NCBI GenBank assembly: GCA_025454795.1
Contig: JALONT010000001.1
Span: forward strand, 64,947-128,946
Origin: Bacteroidales bacterium
Lineage (GTDB): Bacteria > Bacteroidota > Bacteroidia > Bacteroidales > VadinHA17
Direction of reading: 5' to 3'
DNA: 64,000 nt
The position numbers were made by a program, and so were the translations under genes. Every line of letters begins with the position of its first letter. Position 1 is the first letter of the stretch. This document shows, one piece after another, positions 47,715 through 56,867 of the stretch. The notes under the pieces are model-generated. The model worked only from the letters and a program-made list of their open reading frames with translations. It searched no databases and had not been told where the DNA came from.

Positions 47715-48863
47715 ATGAAAAAATCCCTATCTGCAATATTTCTATTCTTGTTATTCACTTCAGTAATCTCTCAGGAAAAACAAAAAAATATTGAACTGAA
47801 TGGTTATCTGACAACCATGCAGAGTGCAATGTTTGATACTCTTTCCGGACCGGTCATTTATGAAAACCTCCTGCATAACAGGCTCAATTTTAAAGGGTAT
47901 ATAAATGATAATATTACATTGGCTGTTGAATTGAGAAACCGTCTTTTTACAGGAGATATGGTCAGGTCATATTATCGGTATTCTGATATGATTGCAGCAG
48001 ACGAGGGCTGGGTTGACATGTCATGGAATATCGTGGATGAAAGCTCCTTTTTTCTGAATACAACGGTCGATAGGCTCTGGATAGATCTGAATTTAAATAA
48101 ATTCCAGGCTAGAATAGGCCGCCAGAGAATAAACTGGGGGCAGACATTTGTCTGGAATCCTAACGATATTTTTAACGCATATTCTTTCTTTGATTTTGAT
48201 TATACAGAAAGACCGGGAAGCGATGCAGTGAGACTCCAGTATTATCCATCCTTTTCATCAGCGATTGAATTTGCTGCAAAAATTGACAGCGAAGACGATG
48301 TTACTGCAGCCGGGCTATTCCGTTTCAATAAATGGGACTATGATATTCAATTCCTGGCCGGGTACTCAAACAGTTCCGACATAGTTGCAGGAACCGGATG
48401 GTCCGGCTCAATAGGGTCAGTATCATTCAGGGGAGAGGCATCATGGTTCAGGCCACTGGAAAACTTCAGCGATACCACCGGGACAACAATCATAACTGCA
48501 GGGATTGACAAGGTCTTTGAGAATAACTCAATCTTCCAGGTTCAGCTGATGTACTGCAACAATCCTCTTAAACTGAACAATTTCTCAAGTTTCTACTCGG
48601 GGAACCTTTCAGCAAAAGATCTTGCCTTTTCGGAGCTTTCAGCTTTCGGACAGTTCACCTGGGCAGCCACTCCGTTAATTAATATAAGCTTGTCAGCAAT
48701 GTGGTTCCCTGATCTTAAAGGCTATTTTGCTGGTCCTTCATTTGACTATTCACTTGCTGAAAATGTTGATTTTTCACTTATATGGCAGCATTTCAACGCT
48801 GAAATGGGAGGATCCAAAACACGGATAAACATTGGATTCCTTAGGATCAAATACAGTTTCTAG
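47715..48863 (+). CDS. putative outer-membrane beta-barrel protein
   Basis: 382 aa. Signal peptide, alternating-hydrophobicity strands, a RIGRQRINWGQ motif like those in alginate-export/DUF1302-type barrels, and a C-terminal ...IKYSF. Confidence 0.5.
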   Translation: MKKSLSAIFLFLLFTSVISQEKQKNIELNGYLTTMQSAMFDTLSGPVIYENLLHNRLNFKGYINDNITLAVELRNRLFTGDMVRSYYRYSDMIAADEGWVDMSWNIVDESSFFLNTTVDRLWIDLNLNKFQARIGRQRINWGQTFVWNPNDIFNAYSFFDFDYTERPGSDAVRLQYYPSFSSAIEFAAKIDSEDDVTAAGLFRFNKWDYDIQFLAGYSNSSDIVAGTGWSGSIGSVSFRGEASWFRPLENFSDTTGTTIITAGIDKVFENNSIFQVQLMYCNNPLKLNNFSSFYSGNLSAKDLAFSELSAFGQFTWAATPLINISLSAMWFPDLKGYFAGPSFDYSLAENVDFSLIWQHFNAEMGGSKTRINIGFLRIKYSF

Positions 48864-48899
48864 AATTTTTCTACTTTTGCCGCAGAAATTATTGAAATT

Positions 48900-49637
48900 A
48901 TGGCACTGGTTCACGAATTTGAGAACAGCGGTAACTGGCTCTTTAAAAGAAGAAGCTGGCTTCCCGTATTTATGGTCGTCGCTGGTCTAGTGATGATGTA
49001 TCTTGGAAACCGTCAGGCGATTCTTTTTGATCTGCGTGACGAAATGATATTTCTGGGGATCAGCGTTTTCGGTCAGCTAATAAGGATAATCACTGTAGGT
49101 TTCGCACCGAAAAACACCTCAGGGCGCAATACCACAGGTGGACAGATTGCCGACGAACTCAATGTAACAGGAGTCTATTCCCTGGTAAGGCATCCTCTTT
49201 ATTTAGGTAATTTTTTCATGTGGCTGGGACCCGTGCTTTTTTTGAGATCAGCATGGTTCACTGTGGTATTTTTCCTTGTTTACTGGCTTTACTATGAACG
49301 GATAATGTTTGCTGAAGAACAATATCTGCGAAGAAAATTCGGAGAATCTTATGACAAATGGGCTGAAAAAGTAAGTTCGTTCATTCCGTTTTCTATTAGA
49401 TTCATTCGCCCAAAACTCCCATTTTCTTTTAAGAACGTTCTGAAAAGAGAATATAACAGCTTCATTAATATTTTCCTGATATTTATAATTCTTGATGTAT
49501 TCAGGAACTACTTCCTTTCTGAAAGAATCTACTTTACAGAAATCTGGCTCTGGCTTTTTGCAGGAGCAGGTGCATTGTGGGCATTAATCAGATCAATCCA
49601 TAAATATACCAGGTGGCTGGAAGTTGAGGGAAGATAG
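48900..49637 (+). CDS. ICMT/PEMT-family membrane methyltransferase-like protein
   Basis: 245 aa, polytopic. VTGVYSLVRHPLYLGNFFMWLG...ERIMFAEEQYLRRKFGESYDKW matches the isoprenylcysteine carboxyl / phospholipid methyltransferase signature. Confidence 0.7.
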   Translation: MALVHEFENSGNWLFKRRSWLPVFMVVAGLVMMYLGNRQAILFDLRDEMIFLGISVFGQLIRIITVGFAPKNTSGRNTTGGQIADELNVTGVYSLVRHPLYLGNFFMWLGPVLFLRSAWFTVVFFLVYWLYYERIMFAEEQYLRRKFGESYDKWAEKVSSFIPFSIRFIRPKLPFSFKNVLKREYNSFINIFLIFIILDVFRNYFLSERIYFTEIWLWLFAGAGALWALIRSIHKYTRWLEVEGR

Positions 49638-49641
49638 TAGA

Positions 49642-50328
49642 TTAGTCTCTGTTTGCACCGGTAAATAACATGATATAATATAGCAGCGTTGCAAGAGAGC
49701 CAAGAGCTGCAACAACATAAGTATAAGCTGCCCATTTCAAAGCATCCTGTGCCTTATCGTGATTTTGATACGATGTAATTCCTGCATTCGAAAGCCATGC
49801 GAGTGCACGCTGGCTTGCATTGATCTCAACGGGTAACGTAATAAAGCTGAAAAGGGTTGTAAGTGCAAATAATACAATTCCTGCAAGTAAAAGTCCCGGG
49901 AAAGTATTGATTAACAGGACGCCTCCCAGTAGTATCCATTGTACCCATTTTGATGAGAAACTGACAGCCGGGACCATTTTTGACCTTAAATTGAGCCAGG
50001 CATATGCAGTAGAATGCTGTACGGCATGGCCACATTCATGTGCTGCAACCGCAGCAGAAGAGATGCTTCGTCCGTTATAAACATCCGGGCTGAGGTTTAT
50101 TGTTTTATTCTGCGGATTATAATGATCAGTAAGTTGTCCCTGAACGCTTTCAACACGCACATCATAAATCCCGTTATCGCGCAACATTCTCTCGGCTACA
50201 TCTCTTCCCGACATTCCGTTATCAACAAGTATTTTGGAGTACTTCCTGAATTTTGTTTTCAGTACCATGCTCACGATCCAGCTGAGGATCATGAAGCCAA
50301 TAAATATTATCCAGATCTGTGCGTTCAT
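49642..50328 (-). CDS. zinc metallopeptidase (YugP/Zn_peptidase_2 family), membrane-anchored
   Basis: 228 aa. HECGHAVQH zinc motif, with N- and C-terminal TM segments. Confidence 0.85.
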   Translation of the reverse strand: MNAQIWIIFIGFMILSWIVSMVLKTKFRKYSKILVDNGMSGRDVAERMLRDNGIYDVRVESVQGQLTDHYNPQNKTINLSPDVYNGRSISSAAVAAHECGHAVQHSTAYAWLNLRSKMVPAVSFSSKWVQWILLGGVLLINTFPGLLLAGIVLFALTTLFSFITLPVEINASQRALAWLSNAGITSYQNHDKAQDALKWAAYTYVVAALGSLATLLYYIMLFTGANRD

Positions 50329-50467
50329 TTTATAATTATTTTATTTCTATTCTGTTCTTCAAAAGACCTGCCAATTGCAGGTTAACAGCAGATTCTTGTC
50401 ATTTTGGCAGATTATTCTGTTCTCATTCATATAAATTCTGACAGGAGCTTTTAGCTATCTTTACATC

Positions 50468-50761
50468 ATGGTAAAAATAATAACATTATCAATATCATTT
50501 TTGTTGTCTGTCCCCGTATATATTTACCGCTATGCTATATCTCCTTTTATCAGACCGGCATGCAGGCATGTTCCTTCATGTTCACAGTATATGCTTGATG
50601 CTCTGAAGATCCATGGTCCGTTTGCCGGGCTGGTATTAGGCACCAACAGGATTCTCAGATGTCGTCCCGGTGGAACACATGGGTACGACCCCGTCCCTCT
50701 CTTCAGGTTTAAAAGATATAAGCATTTTACACGTTATAAAAACTGCAACCGTCTGAAATGA
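50468..50761 (+). CDS. yidD: membrane protein insertion efficiency factor YidD
   Basis: 97 aa. YRYAISPF...CRHVPSCSQYMLDALKIHG...RILRCRPGGTHGYDPVP. Confidence 0.85.
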   Translation: MVKIITLSISFLLSVPVYIYRYAISPFIRPACRHVPSCSQYMLDALKIHGPFAGLVLGTNRILRCRPGGTHGYDPVPLFRFKRYKHFTRYKNCNRLK

Positions 50762-50783
50762 CTTCAAGACCGCAAGTTGAGGA

Positions 50784-50821
50784 TCCGCCAGATGGCGGAG
50801 ACGAAATCCCGCTCTGCGGGA
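50784..50821. terminator. Twin GC-rich mini-hairpins between convergent yidD and the LytTR regulator gene
   Basis: TCCGCC-AGAT-GGCGGA (50784-50799) and TCCCGC-TCT-GCGGGA (50807-50821). The same two cores occur at 13113-13128 and 18347-18362. Confidence 0.5.
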
Positions 50822-50834
50822 ACTGCAAGACCTT

Positions 50835-51620
50835 TTAGAAATTAAGCTCCTCTTTCAAATGTTTATACCCTGCGCGACTGACCGGTAATTTATCTCCGGA
50901 TTTGAGAATTGCAATATGATTATCTTTCCCGTATGGTTCTATCCGGTTAATCTCTGTAACTTTAACAATGTAAGAACGATGGATCCTCACGAAATTTTCG
51001 CCCGGAAGATTATCTTCATAGAACTTCATTGTCTGCTGCTTCAAAGCTTTACCTGCTGAATAGTAGATCATTACGTAATCGTCTTGCGCCGCAATATAAT
51101 TTATCTGATCTATAGGAATGAGATTTATTGCATTGCCTTTTCTGACAACAACCCTGTTTAATGTTACGGATGGTTCAGGTCTTTTTACAAGAAGCTGATC
51201 TGCAGGCTTCTTCTGTGCATTCCCTGCCCTTATCTTTTCAATGACTTTCTTTACCGCTTCCCTGAGACGGTCCCTGGGGAATGGTTTCAACAGATAATCG
51301 ACAGCATTAAGCTCAAAAGCTTTAATGGCGAACTGATCATATGCCGTCGTAAAGATTATCTCCGGCCGTTCTTCGAGTACCTCAAGCATTTCAAAACCCG
51401 TAAGCTTCGGCATCTGGATATCCAGGAAGACAAGGTCGGGTTTAAGATCTGAAATGGTTTTAAGACCTGTAAATCCATCCTGGCATTCACCAATAATTTC
51501 GATTTCGTCGAAATCTTTGAGGTAATGTTTCAGTATCTCTCTTGCCGGAGTTTCGTCTTCAATTATTATGGTTCTTAATTTTTGCATTTTACTAATATCT
51601 GAAGGGTTACGAATAAACAA
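50835..51620 (-). CDS. LytR/AlgR (LytTR) family response regulator
   Basis: 261 aa. REC domain (IIIEDE...VFLDIQMPKLTG...KP) plus a C-terminal LytTR DNA-binding domain (FVRIHRSYIV). Confidence 0.9.
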   Translation of the reverse strand: MFIRNPSDISKMQKLRTIIIEDETPAREILKHYLKDFDEIEIIGECQDGFTGLKTISDLKPDLVFLDIQMPKLTGFEMLEVLEERPEIIFTTAYDQFAIKAFELNAVDYLLKPFPRDRLREAVKKVIEKIRAGNAQKKPADQLLVKRPEPSVTLNRVVVRKGNAINLIPIDQINYIAAQDDYVMIYYSAGKALKQQTMKFYEDNLPGENFVRIHRSYIVKVTEINRIEPYGKDNHIAILKSGDKLPVSRAGYKHLKEELNF

Positions 51621-52662
51621 CAGGGATATAAAGGGTTACAATGAAAATATTTTCGTTTTTACCTGTCCTGACAGAAGCTTCATTTCCATAAAAAAGCTCA
51701 AGACGTCTTGACACATTTAACAAACCGGTTCCTGTTCCTTTAGCCAAAGAGATGCCCGGTTCAAAATTATTACTTACTGTAATTTCAAGGTATCCGTTTT
51801 TTATTGATGCAGAAGTGATTATCCTGACAAGTTCAGTACTCTCATAAACGCCATGTTTAACTGCATTTTCATAAAGAGGCTGAAGAAGCATCACGGGAAT
51901 TTTCACATCCAGGCACGAATCTTCTATGTGCTCTTCAGTTGACAATCTGTCTCCGAATCTTACTTTTTCAATATCAAGATAGAGCCTGAGGTTTTCCAAT
52001 TCACTCCTGAGGGATACAGGTTGCTCGTCTTTGCGGGAAAGAGAGTATCTCATGAAATCCGACAACCTGACAACCATCGTTCTGGCTTTTTCCGGATCAG
52101 TCACAGTAAGCGAGCTTATTGAATTCAGGCTATTAAAAAGAAAATGAGGATTTATCTGGGACCTCAGCATTTTCAATTCTGTCTCTTTGACCAGGCTTTC
52201 AAGTTTTGCCTCCCTGACATTTTTTTCCGACAGGTTGGAAAGACTTACAAATAAGAAATATGTGAGGATTACAAGTCCATAAATAAAAACCCCTGTCCCG
52301 ATCCTGTAAGGAAGAGTAGCTTCCCAGTACTCAACGTAATTATTATGTGCTGGTAATACCAGAAGCATGATTAATTTTGTAATGATCACCCAGAGTGTAA
52401 TGGTAATAGCACCGCTTACCACCAGGTTAGAAATGAGAACCGATGGCTTTGTCTTCCCCTGGTTGAAAAAGCTGAATGGATACCATAGCGAAAGAGCAAG
52501 ACCTGAATAGATAAGAAGAGAAAGGATGCTGTCAATAATGCTGATCTTTACGTAACTTCCGTATGCAAAATAGAATAAAAGTGCCTGGCCCAGTGCAAGA
52601 AAAAGCCAGGCCAGCCACCAGACTATCAGACGAACCCTGTTTCCAAGTACAGGATGTTTCAT
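51607..52662 (-). CDS. LytS/YehU-type sensor histidine kinase (His_kinase PF06580-type)
   Basis: 351 aa with about 5 N-terminal TMs. QINPHFLFNSLNSI H-box, ENAVKHG N-box, GTGTGLLNVSRRL. Confidence 0.85.
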   Translation of the reverse strand: MKHPVLGNRVRLIVWWLAWLFLALGQALLFYFAYGSYVKISIIDSILSLLIYSGLALSLWYPFSFFNQGKTKPSVLISNLVVSGAITITLWVIITKLIMLLVLPAHNNYVEYWEATLPYRIGTGVFIYGLVILTYFLFVSLSNLSEKNVREAKLESLVKETELKMLRSQINPHFLFNSLNSISSLTVTDPEKARTMVVRLSDFMRYSLSRKDEQPVSLRSELENLRLYLDIEKVRFGDRLSTEEHIEDSCLDVKIPVMLLQPLYENAVKHGVYESTELVRIITSASIKNGYLEITVSNNFEPGISLAKGTGTGLLNVSRRLELFYGNEASVRTGKNENIFIVTLYIPVVYS

Positions 52663-52673
52663 TCACGAAAGAA

Positions 52674-53423
52674 TTAATAGCTTTTTACTTCTCCGCCACC
52701 AAAAACAACAGCACCCTTAATCACCAGCTGGCTTGTGGAATCCATAGTTCTTCCGGGACTTAGTTTCCGGGAATCGCTGAACCCGCCAAGGATCGGTGTT
52801 ACCTCGATGGTAACAAACCAGTTATCAGGTACAATTATCGTTGCACCGCCGAAAACACAGGCTATTTCGAGCTCATTCCTTCCCGGAGCCAGCTTTGCTT
52901 TTGTAAGGTCAAGCTCTATCCCTCCAAATACTGCAGAGACTTTGCCTCCTTTAAAGCTTTCAGAAACGATCTGACGTTCGCCGCCGCTGAAAACATTGAC
53001 ATAATCGATATAGTCATCACCAATCATTCCTTTTGAAATCACCGCGTTCCATCCTCTTCGTTTTGTAACAATAAAAATTATACCGATGATTATAAAAATC
53101 GAAGGCCAGAACATGTTGTACATGTGAAAGGTTTCACGGAAAAGAAGGGGAATCATGAAGAATCCGCCCACTGCCATGACAATTATGCCTGCTGTTTTTT
53201 CCGAAGCGCCAAGAGTCATTACTAAACCGATGGTAACCAGCAGCATTGGCCAGCTGAATATCACATGATCAATGAAATCCGGGAAGAATCCGGTATTTCT
53301 GATCACCAGGAACAACCCTGCCAGAACCAAAACAACCCCAATTATCACTCTGTTATTTGTCAGATGATGATGATCGTGCCCCGAAAAGTGGCGTTCATCT
53401 TTGAATTCATTATTTGTTTTCAT
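52674..53423 (-). CDS. LiaF-like membrane protein (N-terminal TM bundle plus C-terminal DUF2154-like beta domain)
   Basis: 249 aa. Four hydrophobic segments, then repeated GG-x-E/D strands (VFSGGERQI, AVFGGIELDL, CVFGGATIIVP, PILGGFSD, VVFGGGEVK) as in the LiaF C-terminal domain. Confidence 0.6.
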   Translation of the reverse strand: MKTNNEFKDERHFSGHDHHHLTNNRVIIGVVLVLAGLFLVIRNTGFFPDFIDHVIFSWPMLLVTIGLVMTLGASEKTAGIIVMAVGGFFMIPLLFRETFHMYNMFWPSIFIIIGIIFIVTKRRGWNAVISKGMIGDDYIDYVNVFSGGERQIVSESFKGGKVSAVFGGIELDLTKAKLAPGRNELEIACVFGGATIIVPDNWFVTIEVTPILGGFSDSRKLSPGRTMDSTSQLVIKGAVVFGGGEVKSY

Positions 53424-53453
53424 AACTGTAAATTTATTTGTTTCTGAATTTAA

Positions 53454-53858
53454 TTACTGTTTTCGGTTCCTTTTAATAAAGGAAGAAATTATAAATGAGA
53501 TACCAAGGATGATTATTACAGCCGGCCAGTACATGGTTTTGACTATTTCCGGGATTTCACCATAGTAATTCTCCATCATGAACCATGCCCCTCCTGCCAT
53601 AAGAAGAAGACCCCCTATAAAGTGCAGGTTGACCAGGAGAAGAAATCCGACGAAAACCATTGCTGTTTCCCAGGTGAAGTATTCCTGCACGCTTCCAAGA
53701 TGCAGCATATCGTTCGTTGCAACGAGAAGAGCCAATCCAAGGACTATAAAAAAAAGGCCGATGCTTACCTGTGGATGATGCTCCCTTTCCCTTTGAAAAT
53801 TATTGTCTCTGTGTTTCATATCTGTAAAATTAAATTCCTGATCAAAAATAAGCTTCAT
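53454..53858 (-). CDS. small polytopic membrane protein (LiaI/LiaF-TM-like)
   Basis: 134 aa with four hydrophobic segments. First gene of the apparent 4-gene operon. Confidence 0.5.
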   Translation of the reverse strand: MKLIFDQEFNFTDMKHRDNNFQREREHHPQVSIGLFFIVLGLALLVATNDMLHLGSVQEYFTWETAMVFVGFLLLVNLHFIGGLLLMAGGAWFMMENYYGEIPEIVKTMYWPAVIIILGISFIISSFIKRNRKQ

Positions 53859-53973
53859 TATATCTCCGGGTAAGAAGAAATCGGTGAATGGCGGTTTTTT
53901 TGCGGTATAATGCCTTTTTAGACGGGATGTGTTACTTTTTTGTTGATAATTTTTTTAATTGAATAAGCTTTCA

Positions 53974-53981
53974 TATTTTTG
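53974..53981 (+). promoter_or_regulatory. TAnnTTTG -7 promoter motif (TATTTTTG) upstream of yceD-rpmF-plsX-fabH
   Basis: Lies 21 nt upstream of the ATG at 54002 and 12 nt upstream of the TTG at 53993. Confidence 0.45.
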
Positions 53982-54001
53982 CAAACCAAAATTTGAAAGA
54001 G

Positions 54002-54523
54002 ATGTCCGGATTATATTTTATACCAATAAGCGGATTGAAGGAGGGGAGGCACTCTTATGATTTTGAGATTAACAAGAAGTTTTTTGAACAGTTTGAAGAG
54101 TCAGAGGTGAAGGAAGGAGCTCTAACGGCAGTAATTGAAGCTGACAAGAGATCTACACACATCGATTTGACAATCAGGATTAAAGGGTTTGTTACCATTT
54201 CATGCGACAGATGCCTGGGGGCATTCGGACAACCGGTTGACTGTGAGAACAGGCTTCTGGTTAAATTCGGAAAAGGATATGATGAGAGCGACCCTGATTT
54301 GATTACCATACCTGCTGATGAGAATGAACTTGATTTGAATCAGTATTTTTACGAATATATCCTTCTTGCATTGCCGATACAGAGAGTACATCCCAATGAC
54401 AAAAACGGAAACAGCACCTGCGATCCGGAAATGCTTGATAAGCTTAAGGAACACATTGTGAGTGATGAAAGCGAAAACGATCCCAGGTGGGATGAATTAA
54501 AAAAATTGATGAACAACAACTAA
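54002..54523 (+). CDS. yceD: YceD/DUF177 family protein (large ribosomal RNA subunit accumulation protein)
   Basis: ~173 aa. CDRCLG...IP.DE.ELDL pattern and the conserved position directly upstream of rpmF. The track start is a TTG at 53993. Confidence 0.8.
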   Translation: MSGLYFIPISGLKEGRHSYDFEINKKFFEQFEESEVKEGALTAVIEADKRSTHIDLTIRIKGFVTISCDRCLGAFGQPVDCENRLLVKFGKGYDESDPDLITIPADENELDLNQYFYEYILLALPIQRVHPNDKNGNSTCDPEMLDKLKEHIVSDESENDPRWDELKKLMNNN

Positions 54524-54535
54524 ATCGAGAAAACA

Positions 54536-54721
54536 ATGCCAAATCCCAAACGTAAACACTCAAAACAAAGAAGAGACAAGCGCAGAACACATTATAAAGC
54601 TACTGCGCCTACAGTTTCGACATGTTCAAACTGCGGATCTTCAGTTCAGTACCACAGAGTATGTCCTGAGTGTGGATTTTACAGAGGCAAACTTGCTGTT
54701 GAGAAAAAAGCAACTGCCTGA
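54536..54721 (+). CDS. rpmF: 50S ribosomal protein L32
   Basis: 61 aa. MPNPKRKHSKQRRDKRRTH... with a CxxC...CxxC zinc ribbon. Confidence 0.95.
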   Translation: MPNPKRKHSKQRRDKRRTHYKATAPTVSTCSNCGSSVQYHRVCPECGFYRGKLAVEKKATA

Positions 54722-54746
54722 GTTCCCGTAACCAACCTGTAATACT

Positions 54747-55685
54747 ATGAAAATTGGCCTTGATGTTATGGGCGGTGATTTTGCACCTGATACTGTAGTT
54801 GAAGGTGCAATTGATTCCCTGGAACATTTGTCTGCTGCAGATGAACTGGTTCTGATCGGTGACAGGAACGCCATTATAGCGCAACTGAAAAAAATAAATA
54901 CCGACCCATCCCGTTTCCGGATCGTACATACAACTCAGGTTATCGAAATGGGAGATGTACCTGCCAAGGCATATTCTCAAAAGCCCGATTCAAGCATTGC
55001 TGTAGGGTACAGAATGTTAAAAGAGGGAGAAATTGACGGATTTTGCAGTGCAGGAAATACCGGGGCAATGCTTGTTGGCGCAAGCTATACAGTAAATGTC
55101 ACCCCCGGTGTATTAAGACCGGCACTTGCCACAATACTTCCTGCTTTGGATAACCGCAATTCAGTTATTCTCGACGTCGGATTAAATCCAGACTGCAAGC
55201 CTGAGGTACTTCTTCAGTATGGCATTCTTGGCTCTATTTTCGCAAAATATGTCCTTGGGGTCGAAAATCCTTCCGTGAGATTACTCAATATTGGGGAAGA
55301 AGAGTCAAAGGGGACACCTGCTGTTAAGGCTGCATATGAGCTGATGAAAGAGCACCCGGGCCTTAATTTTGAAGGGAATATTGAAGCAAACACCCTATTA
55401 AGGGAGTCACTGGCTGATGTTATCGTTTGTGACGGATTCGTGGGGAATGTGATATTAAAACTGTCAGAAGCGTTTCATTCTGTCTATAAATTGAGAAATC
55501 TTAAAGATTCGTTCTTCGATAGTCTTGATTTTGAAAATATCGGTGGAACGCCAATAATTGGCATTAATGCCAATGTTGTTGTCGGGCACGGAGTCTCCAA
55601 AAGAAGAGCTATAATGAACATGATCCTTCAGACATGGGCTGTTGTGCATGTTAATCTTGCACAGAAGATTAAAGAAGCAATCTAA
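54747..55685 (+). CDS. plsX: phosphate acyltransferase PlsX
   Basis: 312 aa. [29 protein letters not shown]. Confidence 0.95.
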   Translation: MKIGLDVMGGDFAPDTVVEGAIDSLEHLSAADELVLIGDRNAIIAQLKKINTDPSRFRIVHTTQVIEMGDVPAKAYSQKPDSSIAVGYRMLKEGEIDGFCSAGNTGAMLVGASYTVNVTPGVLRPALATILPALDNRNSVILDVGLNPDCKPEVLLQYGILGSIFAKYVLGVENPSVRLLNIGEEESKGTPAVKAAYELMKEHPGLNFEGNIEANTLLRESLADVIVCDGFVGNVILKLSEAFHSVYKLRNLKDSFFDSLDFENIGGTPIIGINANVVVGHGVSKRRAIMNMILQTWAVVHVNLAQKIKEAI

Positions 55686-55687
55686 CT

Positions 55688-56686
55688 ATGGAAAAAATAC
55701 GGGCAGCCATTACAGGCATCAATGCCTGGGTTCCGGAATACAGACTTACGAACCACGAACTTTCAAAAATGGTTGATACCTCCGACGAGTGGATTATGCA
55801 GCGTGTCGGAATAAAAGAACGCCGTATACTTAAGGGAGAAGGACTTGGAAGTTCTGATTTGGGGGAACAGGCAGTACGTGGTTTATTAATAAAAACCAAT
55901 ACTGCACCGGAGGAGATTGATCTGCTCATATGTTCAACCGTTACTCCCGATATGTTCTTCCCGGCAACTGCAAATATAATTTCTGATAAGTGCGGAATCA
56001 AGAATGCTTTCAGTTTTGACCTTAATGCGGCCTGCTCAGGATTTCTTTTTGCCTTGCAGACAGCAGCGGCATACGTTGAAACAGGCAGATTTAAAAAAGT
56101 TATTGTCGTCGGGGCCGATAAAATGTCTTCCATTACTGACTATTCAGACCGTACTATCTGCCCGCTGTTTGGAGATGCATCCGGTGCTGTTCTGCTTGAG
56201 CCTACTACAGAGGAATACGGAATAATGGATTATATTTTTCATACTGATGGATCGGGACGAAAATATTTACACCTCAAAGCGGGAGGATCTGTTAGTCCCG
56301 CTTCACATGAAACAGTTGATGCAAAAGAACACTTTATATACCAGGAAGGGCAGAGCGTATTTAAATTTGCTGTTGTGAATATGGCTGATGTTGCCGTAGA
56401 AATAATGGATCGTAATAATCTCAAGTCTGAAGATATCTCCTGGCTTGTACCACACCAGGCAAACCTCAGGATCATTGATGCCACTGGACGCAGAATGGGG
56501 CTTCCGCCGGAAAAAGTAATGATCAATATAGAGAATTACGGCAATACAACTTCTGCCACAATACCCCTCTGTATGTGGGAATATGAAAGCAAACTAAAAA
56601 AAGGAGACATCCTGATTCTTGCTGCTTTCGGTGGCGGATTTACCTGGGGATCAATCTATCTTAAGTGGGCATATGACCCGAAATAA
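55688..56686 (+). CDS. fabH: 3-oxoacyl-ACP synthase III
   Basis: 332 aa. Active-site Cys in [16 protein letters not shown], and [11 protein letters not shown]. Confidence 0.95.
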   Translation: MEKIRAAITGINAWVPEYRLTNHELSKMVDTSDEWIMQRVGIKERRILKGEGLGSSDLGEQAVRGLLIKTNTAPEEIDLLICSTVTPDMFFPATANIISDKCGIKNAFSFDLNAACSGFLFALQTAAAYVETGRFKKVIVVGADKMSSITDYSDRTICPLFGDASGAVLLEPTTEEYGIMDYIFHTDGSGRKYLHLKAGGSVSPASHETVDAKEHFIYQEGQSVFKFAVVNMADVAVEIMDRNNLKSEDISWLVPHQANLRIIDATGRRMGLPPEKVMINIENYGNTTSATIPLCMWEYESKLKKGDILILAAFGGGFTWGSIYLKWAYDPK

Positions 56687-56710
56687 AAATTTTCTAAATA
56701 TACATCCTTT

Positions 56711-56730
56711 TCTCCCCCGTTGGTGGGAGA
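56711..56730. terminator. Short GC-rich hairpin downstream of fabH
   Basis: TCTCCC-CCGTTGGT-GGGAGA, followed by GAGCGAAGCA, which resembles part of the 1141/3357 repeat arm. Confidence 0.35.
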
Positions 56731-56820
56731 TAGAGCGAAGCACCAGAGGGGGCATTAATAGCAAAACTAACTTGATTTATTATTTGAAAACCCGCTTATT
56801 ATTTTAATTACAATAGTTTA

Positions 56821-56828
56821 TATATTTG
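56821..56828 (+). promoter_or_regulatory. TAnnTTTG -7 promoter motif (TATATTTG) upstream of the bactofilin/ATP synthase operon
   Basis: Lies 40 nt upstream of the ATG at 56868. Confidence 0.4.
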
Positions 56829-56867
56829 TGAGTTATTAAGTTTTGTATTTCTAAAACTCTAACTACT

